DNA from: Callorhinchus milii
Taxonomy: Eukaryota
Assembly: GCF_018977255.1 (NCBI RefSeq)
Contig: NW_024704753.1
Coordinates: 4,960,001 to 5,024,000 of the forward strand
Direction: 5' to 3'
Length of the DNA stretch: 64,000 bases
Part shown: in pieces, positions 52,442 through 64,000 of the stretch
Layout of the letters: each line of letters begins with the position of its first letter
Position numbering within the stretch: position 1 is the first letter of the stretch
Program-made: the position numbers and the translations under genes
The notes under the pieces: model-generated
The model's input: only the letters and a program-made list of their open reading frames with translations
Told to the model about the DNA's origin: nothing
The model's database searches: none

Positions 52442-53398
52442 GTTAGTGATTAACTAGGTGAACTATATGCTGGGATGCCTTGCCTGCGATTTCTCATGTG
52501 TAGAGAGGTTCTGTTTTTATTGGAGCCTATTTTAAATTAATTTGTAACTTTTTATTCATGTCTAATCTCATGAATAAACCACTTGCTTTATTTTAAGTGC
52601 CTGAGGACAAAGGCTTGTATTGGGGGGGAGGAGGGGTCACAGTTCATAGCCTCAAACAATTTTCGCATATCTCCTAATGTTCATTCTTGACACACAAGTA
52701 TGGGCCAATGCATCAACTCAAATCCAATACTTTCCTTGATATTGATTGAACCCGGAAACGTGGAGGCCACCATCATGTTGCCATTCCACTTGGCCAAACT
52801 CAGATGAAGTAGCGTTGATCAGGAATTGCATCTCTGGTCTGCGTAACTCAGTACCACATCTTGCCATATATTTATTTATTCATTGCTATTAAAGATGAGC
52901 TCCTAAAATAGTAATTTCTTAAAGTGTGTTTGCGTATATCAATTTAAAATAGAATTTAGGAGACCAATCATGGCATTTTGATGGAATGAATTCTATTCTG
53001 AGAAAATGGATTTAGGCAGGTGGCCTGAACCGTATTATAAATATATTGTGGGCAGGCGGGGGCCTGTTGAGATTTTTGCAGTAGTTAAAATGTATAGTAA
53101 CTGCTGTAAGTTTGTGTTAACCCAAGAGTGCAGAGTCATCTTATTTAATTTATTTGGGCATTGTGGTATTTAAACCTTGCTGATTGACCCCAGGCCTCGA
53201 ACTTCATTCAGTTGGCCACTCAGATTATGTCATGATATTGCTGCCCTCTGAAAAGCATTGCCAATTTGTGTAAAGCATTTGGATGTCCACTGAACAGAAT
53301 GTGTTGTTGGTTCTTGAAGGTTGATGGAGACCACTGTTTAGCAAGCTGTTCGGAGCCATATTGGGTAACGTTAATCACCTGTCCCTTCTAATCTGCAG

Positions 53399-53485
53399 GA
53401 TAAACAAGGAATTCCCTGGTGGCTTGGAATTGGCTGCAAAGGAATTGGGCAATACGACTTTCATGATAAAGTCAAACCCAGGAAG
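53399..53485 (+). CDS. FRMD4B: FRMD4B exon 11 (DKQGIPWWLGIGCKGIGQYDFHDKVKPRK), FERM-C
   Basis: atctgcAG acceptor, GTAAAT donor, 87 nt, phase 0/0. Confidence 0.96.
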
Positions 53486-54569
53486 GTAAATAAACCATTT
53501 TAACTTTGAGCGCACACCATAGTTTCAGGCTGTTTGAGACAGAAATGTGGCCTGCAGGTGATTTGATGCAAAATGAATATAAAATGAATGTTTGAAAGGC
53601 TTGTCAGAGAATAGACATCAAAGGAAACACTGATGCTCCTCAGAAGTTTAAAGCAATTTATTTTTGTTTGTCATGTATACAGTATGATGAGGGCATTCTG
53701 TTATGAAACATCACAACAAATATTTATATGGATTTTGGCTCGCTCAGAGCATTAAACATGGAAACCCTTTGGACGTTTGTAAACATTCTTGTGGAAAACT
53801 ACAGAATACCCGAACATTTAAATATTATGAACTATTTTGTTTTTAAACAAACTTTGTGGCAGCTGTCCAAAGCCTTTATGTAAAATGTGTTTCAGCTTAA
53901 AAATTCTGAGCTATGCACTTCCATTTTGCAACAATAAATAATAGTGCTTTTATTGTAAAGCACTGGTTCTTGAAAAAGTCCCCCAATGTTAGAGCAGAGA
54001 GACTAATGCTGAGGGGGAGCTTTTAATAATAGTAATAATCCTTACATTTGATATAGAATCTGTATGTGGTGAAACATCTAAAAGCACTTTATGGATAACT
54101 GCTTGTAAAAGCTGTTTAGTTTTAATGTCTTGCCCAAAGGACGACACCTTCGATAATGCACTGGGGGGCTCACCCAGTACTGTACTGTATTGTCAGCCTG
54201 TATTATCAGTACAAGCGCCAACTGGGGCTTGAAACCACAACTCTCTGACTCAGAGGTAACCATCTGATCCAAGCTGATGACTATTCTAAGTAATGCATAG
54301 CTAAAAGAAATGTATTTTTCAAGCTGCTGCTATAAATAATTTACTGAAGGATCAAATAATGTATCTATAAATTCAATAAACATTTGTTTAGTTGTATCCC
54401 GACTTGGCTTTGAAGGAAAGTCCCGGTTAAGGTTAGCCTAAGAACAAATGTACTGTATTCCAAATTAAAATAATATGCAACACATGGTTGGTACCATTGC
54501 GGAAGATGCGCAATGAAACTATTTGCTTAGTGGCCATCACATTTTCAATAATTGCCTGTAAACTCTTTG

Positions 54570-55013
54570 TGGCTCCCCATTTCCCAGAGGATCGAATTCA
54601 AGATCCTCGTCCTCACTTTTAAGGCCATCCATGGCCTTGGCCTCTCCTACCTCTCTGACCTGCTGACTCCCTACCAACCTGCCCGTTCTCTCCGTTCAGC
54701 GGGCTACGGTCTGTTCCATGTCTCTTGCCCGACCCGCCCTACCATTGGTGGCCGGGCTTTCAGCCTCTCTGCCCCCACACCCTGGAACTCCATCCCACGG
54801 TCCCTTCACCTCGTTTTATCCCTTGCCCCCTCTAGGGCCCCCTTCTAGGTCGGTCTCAAGACCATTCTCTTCGATCCTGCCTTTGGTCGCTCTCTGCCTT
54901 CCCTCATCCCTAAACCACCCCTCCCCCATGCTCAGGCCCCGACACCTGACTGTTCAGCGCTTTGGGATGTCCTCCCGACGTGAAAGGCGTTTTTAAATGT
55001 AATGTTGTTGTTG
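54570..55013 (+). mobile_element. L2-type LINE 3' fragment
   Basis: Peptide WLPISQRIEFKILVLTFKAIHGL...IGGRAFS; (GTT)n tail. Confidence 0.9.
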
Positions 55014-56978
55014 TAGCAGCTCTCCTTAAGGTTCCATGCTGCGACTTTGATTTCTGCATAAATTTGATATTCCACTGGGTATACAGAGTAAGGCTGATAT
55101 TTCCTGAGATGTCACCTGCTGTACTATATTGATTTGGTTTGCCAGTATTGCACAATTCAGCAAAAAGTGTCGCTGCCTCTTTGATCCAGGAAACTGATTT
55201 ATTAATTCAGAGTCCCTGTTAGAATTGTAAGTAACATTTTGGTGCACCGACATTAATAGTGTAGAAACCAGTATGTTTTATAATTCACAACAGGTTTCTG
55301 TGAAGGTGTGTGTTCCTTTCAGAATCTACTGAACATGTTTTTGAAAAGAAAGTTAATATAGGTTGAATAAGGGTAACATGGATATGATATAACTGGTATT
55401 GTAATGTCACATATGATATAACAGATTTTCATTTATCATTTTACTCATAAGACATTTAATCTTATGTTGATATTTATAGCTTACGGTATCAATTCGGTTT
55501 AGCATTTTTGACTTCTGAAATACTGTTTTTATATTTTTAAATAAACCTCTTTGCATACCAACCCTGTTAAAGTTGTCCTTAATATTTTGATGCACTGTAT
55601 AAATGAAACAAGAACCAATATCTTTCTAATTCAGTGGGTCAATTTCTGAAGGGTACATTGTGCAGCAGCTCAATAGAGGGATGTGCTGCCTCATCTTTCA
55701 GATTGGTTTGCTTTACAGTAAACTGAAAGGATCTAACTGGCATTTGTTTAGGCTAAAGCATTAATTTACTGTACTAGCAAAGAGCTTTTCTATGGTTGGA
55801 AATGCGCCAAAGGGTGAAAATGTTCCCATTGGAAGGAAATTAGGACAAAGGAGTATATTAAATGCAGACACGGAAAGTCCACTAGTGTATACTATCCAGA
55901 ACCGCACAATCTTATAGATTTTTAAAAATTCTCAAGTCCTTGAAATGTGACTTTTCTACAGTATCTTCATTAATATAAGCCATTATGCAAAAACTGATCA
56001 CGAACAAGTCTAATGCTTTTACTGTATCAATCTGTGGACCTTATGCTCCACCACCATATGCTACCTTGACTAACTCCATATGCCTGTTTTGTGAGATCAT
56101 GGATGAACTCCCAACAATTCAGTCAGTTGAGGACAGAGGCTAAGCTCCTGTGAGCCTGTCTTGCGTTGTCACACAACGCTTGTGATCCAGAACCCAATAA
56201 TGGCAGAAAATGTTTAGGTAGGTTATTGTGCCATTCAGCCCAGCGCCGAATGTGTTTATATATTGAGGAATACTGCTGAGCTACATTTAAGTGTGCCACG
56301 TTTATTTTGCAACGTACTTCAGATCCTGATCAAACAGAACAAGCTCTGTTGTAGCCTGAGGCGGTTGCTGGAGTTCTGCCCTGTTCACTCTGTGGCGTGG
56401 AGATGCAATGTGGTGGCAGCATTAAAACAATAGTGCATGCAATTTCCAAGTTGTGATCTTTTAATTTTCTGGCCAAGAACCTTCAACAGGCTCTGGGTCA
56501 GGTCCATACAGTCCAGGAATGCAAAATTATTAATTATTTTTTCCTAATTTCTTGTAGAGATTGGACAATTGGAATAATTTCATTTTCCCATCAGTACTTT
56601 AAAGGAGTAATGGACTGTATGTTAAATTTTTATGCCGGCACTAACTGTTTTGAGATGTAGTCATATTAACTCAAATAGTTGTCTTAATTATTTATTAAAA
56701 GTGATATTATCGAAGTTTCAAATATCACTCGAGTTTAACCTTTGAACCATAATCGTTCAAAAATTTGCATAAAAGGAAACTGTGCCCTCTACTAGGAACC
56801 TTTGCTCACTCTTTATACTATCTGTATCTTGTGACTGTAAACAGTGTAAGGATTACATTATACTTTAGAAACACACTTTTGTTCATGCTAAACAAATAGT
56901 GATGATAATAATATTCCTTGAATTTGATATAGCACCTTATCATTTCTGAAGGACATCTCAAAGTGCTTTAGAGTTATT

Positions 56979-57341
56979 AATAATAATAATAATCTTTGCG
57001 TTTGATAGAGCACCTTATCAAGTCTTGAGACATTTCAAAGCACTTCACAGAATATACTGTAAAGGGAATTGACTGTATATTTTGTAGGTGAAACACAGAA
57101 GCCAATTGAGCGTAGCAGTGCTCCACAAACAGTCATGGATTGAGTGACCCAATTTTTTTTGAGGGATTGTTACTGCCGGAAAAGTGATCCGCCAGTCAAC
57201 TAACAACCGAGTTCCTACTTACTGCTAAGTAAACAGAGGCACGTGGAGCAAGGAAACTTGCCCAATGTTTCGCTACCGGGAATCAAACCCAGGTTTCTTG
57301 CTTATGAGGTGAGTGCTCTAACCACTGAGTTACAGGACGCC
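56979..57341 (-). mobile_element. Full-length SINE, long variant
   Basis: Reverse complement of head, long internal segment and tail; an extra tail fragment lies at 56903-56970. Confidence 0.9.
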
Positions 57342-58459
57342 TGTAGCTAAGTTCTTTTGGAGAAATGGATAGTTGTAATTGGAGTGACTTGCAACGCTAT
57401 TTAATCTTTATGGTTCCTAATTTGAAAAAACAAAGTGCGCAAAATTATATAGAAGGAACTGTGATGGGAGAAAAAGCATTATGGAAACAAACCCTTTTAA
57501 ATTATGTCTGGCATTTACTCCTTTCAATATGTATGATCCCAGCCCTGCCCCAGGCATTGAGTGGTAATATCTAATTTTTTTTCAGCAGCACATCTGTCAC
57601 TCATCTGTGGCGCTACCCAGGTGCTCCATCAATAGTTGATGATTGCGTGGTCTTTCATAAGCATATCTCAAGCTTGTGTTTGTAGGTCACTGTGTTGAAG
57701 TTGAGGTTGATTGGCTTTTCAGAACCGCTGTTGAGTAAAGCTGGTTTTACTGTACTGAACTGGCTATTTATACTTGTGATTGTTAAAGTGGGATGCCATT
57801 TGTTTTTGCGTGATAACAAAATGCATATTCACAGCTGGTGGCATCAGGGGAACCCAAAGTCCTTTGCCCTGAGACGTAAAAGTCTAGTTCTCGTGGAATC
57901 TAAATTGAGCAACTGTCTTCCTGTAATGATTCATTTATGTTGTTTCCGTTGTTTGGTGCTGACTGGAGTGTCAAATGAATACATTGTGTGTAACAAGGAG
58001 CCTGTATTAACTGTTACATTGTCTGGCTGCACAGTCTGCGGAGTATTCTGCGGTAGGTTTGTTGTCAATCTGAAACTGTAGACAGTAGATGGAATATGAT
58101 GCTATTATACAGGTAGCAATTTCAAGGTAGCGGCACAGTTTTGAACTCTTCTGAGAGTCGCTTGATAGGTAAGAACTATCTAAAGTTTTCATTCACAAGA
58201 TAGAAACACAGAGTTTTTCTATATCAACAGAACGAGAGCCCTGGTAACTGAGAACTGTGGCTTACCGCCCAGAAGCAGAACTAGATCAAATCCCGCTCTG
58301 TGCTGCTCCCAACTGAGGTGGCATGTGAGGTTAAATTGTCCTTGTCCTTTTTAGGGTTGGCGAGGTTAAAGTCGGCCAGGTTTCCTTGTTCTCATCTCTC
58401 TTTAGTATTCTGCACTGGTGGTGCACAACTAAATGGAAAAAAAAGTAAAGGGCAAAATA

Positions 58460-58664
58460 ATGCAGATGCTGGAAATCTGAAACAAAAACAGAAGTCGCTG
58501 GGAACGTGCAGCAGGTCAGGCAGCATCTATGGAGAGAGGAAAATGAGTCAACGCTTCAGGTCGATAACCTATCGTTTGATGAAGGGTTATCGACCAGAAG
58601 CGTTGACTCATTTTCTTCTTCCATGGATGCTGCCTGACCTAATGCACGTTCCCAGCAATTTCTG
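58460..58664. repeat. Long inverted-repeat (hairpin) element
   Basis: Arms of about 82 nt (58489-58570 and 58582-58664) are reverse complements with few mismatches. Confidence 0.88.
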
Positions 58665-58747
58665 GGGAAAAATAGTAGCTCAGCTGTGCGGCCCTCTGCT
58701 GTTTACTGGCTGGCCACAAGACTCACATGTGAGCAATAACCACTTAG

Positions 58748-58920
58748 TCATTTTCAATCTACGACTGTTTGTGGGACATTGCTGTGCGCAATTGGCTGCC
58801 GCGTTCGCCCACAAATATGCAGTCAATTCACTTTACAGTGTCTTCTGTGAAGCGCTTTGGGACGTCCTCCCGACGTGAAAAGCGCTATATCAAATGCAAG
58901 GATTATTATTATTATTATTA
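58748..58920 (+). mobile_element. SINE 3' half, young variant
   Basis: Near-identical to the 3' part of 4816-5133. Confidence 0.9.
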
Positions 58921-60084
58921 GATGGAGTGCCAGAGGGTACTCAGCATCAACACCCATAGCATTGAATCCTAGGACAGCAAGAGTCCAGATGTATACCAAC
59001 AGGAAAGAAAATTAGCAAAATAATTAAAACTGAGCAAATTGGGAGCAACAACAACAACAAGATTCCATTTATAGAGCGCCTTTCACGTCGGGAGGACGTC
59101 CCAAGGCGCTGGAATGTGATACAGAAAATATTTTGGGAAAATTCAGTGAAAATCGGGATTTGTTTCTGGAATATTCCCTTGATTTGCATATTACAATTGA
59201 ATGAAGCAAATTATTTTCTTTGTTCACTTGAGTTGGTCTCTAGAAGGCTGGTGATATTATTTGTCATGTTAACAATCTGGATTTCCTGTTTATTTTGGGT
59301 TCCGCGGTGCACAAGAAGCAATCTTTCCCCTTCACCAAACGTTTTCAAATAGAGATTTTTGTTTTCGTAACCAGGTTCGAGAAAGGAATTGTTTTCCCAC
59401 TAGCAATCATTTGGGGGAAAATGCCACAGTATGACCCACCGTAATGTTCATGCCTTGTATATATTTCCTGTTGCATTGTCCTTTACGGAAACTTATTATC
59501 CCAGTTTTCCTTTTAGCCAGGCCTATGACATCATGACCCCATCTGGCTCCCACGAGCAGATGAATTCCATTCAAATGAGTAACGTCTAGCTAGGTGTACA
59601 GTTAATATTAAAAGGGTAGTTAACTGCACATGATGTCTCAGGATAGTGTCCTTAATCACCTTTGCTCCAAAATAAATTGTTGTCAAACTATGCAGTGTGT
59701 ATCGGAGTGTTATGCCCATGAAATCTCACAGAGTTTAGATGAGATGGGACAACACACAGTGTTATTACTCTAGCTTTGCAAATGTTCCTTTGCACAATAA
59801 ATGTTTTTGGTTTAGTTGTTCACCTTACATTTAAATACAATGACTCCATTATCTCTCCATTCCTTTTATATAGCTGTTGTGCAATCTTGACGCCTTTTTT
59901 CACTACGTAATGTGTATTTAGCTTTTGACTTTTTACAAGCTCAAACAACTCTTTTCTAACCAGGTGTGAAGTTTCCCCATAAAATGAATAGCAGATTTAG
60001 ACTACAGGTTAGCTAGGATCCGTCTAGCACCTTCGCTCCTAGCTAAAGCTGGAATACACATGAATGAGGTGTGGTGAAGAAACT

Positions 60085-60470
60085 TGGTCTCTATTCCCTT
60101 GAGTTTAAAAGGTTGAGGGGGTGATCTGATTAAGGTTCTTAATGATAAGATGAATCGATAGGGTAAATAAAGTTAAACTACTTCCTCTGGTAGGAGAATT
60201 CGGAACAAGGGGGCTTAATCTTAAAATGAGAGCGAGGCCATTTAGGAGTGAAATTAGGAGGCAGTTTTTCACCCAAAGGGTAGTGGGAACTTTCTCCCCC
60301 AAAATGGTGTGGATGTATCCATTCACATCTTCAAGACGGAGGTGGATAGATAATTGTCGGCTCGGGGTATTAAGGGATACGGGGCAAGGGTGGGCAGTTG
60401 GACTTGAGATATCAGCCACGACCTTACAGAATGGCAGAACAGGCTTGAGGGGCTGAATGACTTACCCCTC
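60085..60470 (+). mobile_element. CR1-type LINE 3' fragment
   Basis: Remnants of the CR1 ORF2 C-terminus (YSLE..RLRG; RPFRSEIRRQFFTQRVV). Confidence 0.85.
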
Positions 60471-60795
60471 TTTCCATGAAAGGTACCAAATGGTGAGAAA
60501 TGACCGAGAGTGAAGATGTACCCTAACCCAGCCTCTGGTACCAAACCCGTGTGAGCAGGACATAGTTTCATATCCTTGCTGTCATCCGCACACATGTGAC
60601 ATTGCATATGAGGCATGACATAAGCGAGTTTATACTACTGGGAGCTGACCTGGACTAATCATTCTGGTTTAGATGAAAAGGGCAGCAGTAAAGAAGAAAA
60701 TGGTAGCTTTGTCAGCACCTTCACTTGGATGAGAGATGGCATTAGACAAATGATAGAGGAGTTAGTTGAATCCACTATTTAGAATTCAAAATTGT

Positions 60796-61111
60796 GGAGT
60801 CCTGTAGCTCAGTGGTTGAGCACTCGCTTTGCAAGCTAGAGACCTGAGTTCAATTCCAGGCAGGGCGAAACCTTGGGCAAGTTTCCTTACTCCACACAGA
60901 GCCTAATAATAATCCCTCCAAAACCAAAAACAATAATAAATTGGTCATTTTCAATCCACGACTGTTTGTGGGACATTGCTGTGCGCAATTGGCTGCCGCG
61001 TTCGCCCACAAATATACAGTCAATTCACTTTACAGTGTGTTCTGTGAAGCGCTTTGGGACGTCCTCCCGACGTGGAAAGCGCTATATCAAATGCAAGGAT
61101 TATTATTATTA
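60796..61111 (+). mobile_element. Full-length SINE, young short variant
   Basis: Near-identical to 40009-40320. Confidence 0.93.
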
Positions 61112-62598
61112 TAAATACTAAAAGATGCGGTTGACTTTATCAACCGAGACTAACATTTTTAAAAAAATAAGGAACATTGCAAGATTTTTCATAATCTATA
61201 AACGACAATGTTGTGCTTTTTTGGGGGCATTTATGAATCCATTGGTCCCAGTACTAGTTTCTAAGATTGTATCCAGCAGCAGTTTTGATTCAAGTATCGG
61301 GGGGGAGGGAAACTAGGTTGAAACTTCCTTAACCTTCCTGACAGAAAACACAGTCGACATATTTGCTCAGCTGCAAAGTGACTAGAAGAAACTAATAATT
61401 AAAGCTGGTATGCTGCCGCACATCTTGCAGAACCTGCTTGACAAGCGCTTTGGTTACAGACAGCTGACTTGAAATAACATCCCCTTTAAAGAGCCTCAAA
61501 TTGGTACTTTTTTTTACACACCACAGCATTTAATAAGGAAAGGAATTCCAATGTGACCTGGAGCACACTATTCAGTTCTGCTGAGCCAATCGTGTTCACA
61601 TTAAGCAGGTGTGGATACTGAAGCCTCCTCTTAAAAGCTTATTTTTTTGTTTGTGGGCCATGTTTTCAGATTAAAAAGTAAAATCCCTCAACTAAGTTGC
61701 TTTCCCCTTGTGTTTCATTCAACCTTGTTCCGCTGAAACGCAGGGCTGCTGGGAGTGAACTTTATTACTGTGAGTGATGTTGATAGCATGAGTAAACGGT
61801 GGGTGGAGTCAAAGTATGAATTGCCTGAAACTCACCTCGGGACAGGCTGAAGACTAGTATGAGAAGGGCTCTTAGGATCTTAACACAAGATGGAGCAGCT
61901 GACTCGAAAAAGCCGTGCTTTACTTCAGGCATTATAATGCTGGTGAGTTGACTTGAGAATGAAAATTAAAATGTTTGCTGATTTTTAGTTGTGGAGTTCA
62001 GTGTCAGTAGTGAGTTCGTATAGGGAACTAACACTGAGATCTGCTGCAGCAGAAACTGAAGCTTTTTTAATGATTGTTTTATCAGGTCAACTCCCCTTTC
62101 TTCTCCTCCCAATCCTTCTTCCTTCCTTTCCAAAAAGAATGCATCTTTTAGTTTCAGGGAAGATATGCTTCTGTAACTTGTTAATGACTCTCCTGCACAC
62201 AGCCCTGAACATTCTTTGCAGTCGTTTGTTAACACAGTTAAAACGACCAATTGATTCCGAGCTCACATTAATGACTAACCAGAGCAATGCCAGGAATTAC
62301 ACGGCATTATCTATTTTGGAGGTCATTTAGGGGGAAAAAAAGGAAGGTGCCAGTAAAAGGAAAAGGAAGTTATTGTAATATGCCTTACCTTTTACGGTAA
62401 CACCACTGATTTACTGAATGGACGCGTGTGGTCAGTTCTGTTTTGTGACTTTCAATTATTTTAGACACTGCATCTTTTCATTTTGTTTATTGTGTTGAGC
62501 CATAGTTGTTGTATTGTTGTGCTAACCACACATAGTTCCTTTTATTTGGCAGGGTTCTTCTGTGGTTTTACAATTAATAGCTATTTTTTCTTCATTAG

Positions 62599-62675
62599 AT
62601 TTTCCAGTGGAAGCAACTTGAAAATTTGTACTTTCGCGACAAGAAGTTTGCAGTTGAAGTGCACGATCCTCGCAG
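62599..62675 (+). CDS. FRMD4B: FRMD4B exon 12 (IFQWKQLENLYFRDKKFAVEVHDPR)
   Basis: ttcattAG acceptor, GTAAGA donor, 77 nt, phase 0/2; the gene continues beyond the window. Confidence 0.96.
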
Positions 62676-64000
62676 GTAAGATTTTTATCTCTCGTTTACT
62701 GCCCTGACTATGAAATGGCCTGTGTCTCTGTAGGCTAGAGTGTTTACGATCAACACGTTTGCAGAATCAACAAGTTTTAATGAATCTGTTCTCCCCCATG
62801 TCTGGATTTGCTAGTACTTATGTGCCATTCCAGAGCAGCTAGAATTTGGCAAATTATTAAATCCAGCCTTAATTTTTTGAAGACTTATTTTATGTCCAAG
62901 AACTACAGAAAACCAATTTCAAAGCATGGACTGAATTCATCAATTTGTCAAATTCTGTGCATGCTGAAATAGTGTAAATCTAGACCCAGATGGAATTTCT
63001 AACCAGTGATGATTTAATATAGCCATTAAATGTCGTTGGAAGTGTTTAGAAGTGATTTCAATAATAAATCAGACTCTTTGGATAAAGGCTGTTTAGAATA
63101 CATCTACATTTATAGAATGAAGTGAATTCTTGGTAGCTTTACTAGTAGTACACTTTTGCTGGTAAAAGTAATTATGGGTTTCAGAAGTATAAAAGCTATA
63201 TTAATAGTCATTGCTAACTTTGCACTCATTGAATCTGAGTTTAATTTTTCCAGTGCTTTTTAAGTGCACGTTTTTTTTAAAATAAAAATTTTGAAATCAT
63301 TATTGATTAATTAAATCAACATTCGGTGTGCAAGTTGTGCTGACATGCTACCTTGATGAGGTTCTCTGACAATGGTGAAACTAAGAATAACGTGAATTTT
63401 CAAATAAACTTTATTTTTATATTTGTGAAAATAGTAGCATCCCCTTTAGATATGCAGAAATTATTCTCAATTCAATTTTGCTGAATTTAAATTATTGGTG
63501 TCAACTCTTTAGTGGAGTCTGATGTTTCACACAGTGCAAGTTTTCCTGTAGTAACCTTGCATCTTTTTGTACAGTTTCACTGCACACTTCTCTGTCAAAG
63601 CAGCTGCAATCTGTTTTCTGCATTCCTTTTCCCTTGTCAGATTAGTTTCTGGAAAAAGTGGCATAACAAATGCATCAATTTTGCTGGCTTCTAGCCATTC
63701 TAAGCCTAATGTCTGAAGAAGTCAATATATTTCAGCAAGAAAATTTGGCTGTTCAGCCATCCATTGGAAAGGGGGGAAAGAAACAACTGAACAGATTTTT
63801 GTTAACCGTTTGTGTTCAGCACGCTTGATTTGTTGTGGTTGATGACCTGCAAGTAGGTAGAAGATTCTGCTAACATAAAATCTAATTGTAACATTGTAGA
63901 CACACTTGCCTTGAATAAGGTAATGGGGGCAGGGGGGAGACCCCAAACCATCTCAGGTGATTCTGCTAATACTTTAACAGCCACATTAAGGCTAATGTAA

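Noticed and set aside
58300-58878. 192-aa ORF
   Set aside because: Runs through a hairpin repeat and a SINE; no ATG start and no recognisable protein.

Overview
Vertebrate genomic DNA, most likely a cartilaginous fish (chimaera/shark; inferred from the repeat families). The window holds the first 12 coding exons of FRMD4B on the + strand (3728-62675), all with canonical AG/GT boundaries; they encode the N-terminal extension and most of the FERM domain, and the gene continues past the window. Introns are filled with a tRNA-headed SINE family, L2-type and CR1-type LINE 3' fragments, older Deu-domain SINE relics, a long hairpin element and pyrimidine-rich minisatellites. Main anomaly: the 23-nt exon 7 (39773-39795) lies upstream of exon 6 (42998-43054), in a block bounded by two arrays of one minisatellite and split by a 25-N gap. 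Misassembly is the most likely cause. The same block shows signs of strong local AT-to-GC substitution bias. I found no convincing novel multi-gene system. Family names come from recalled consensus sequences, not database searches.
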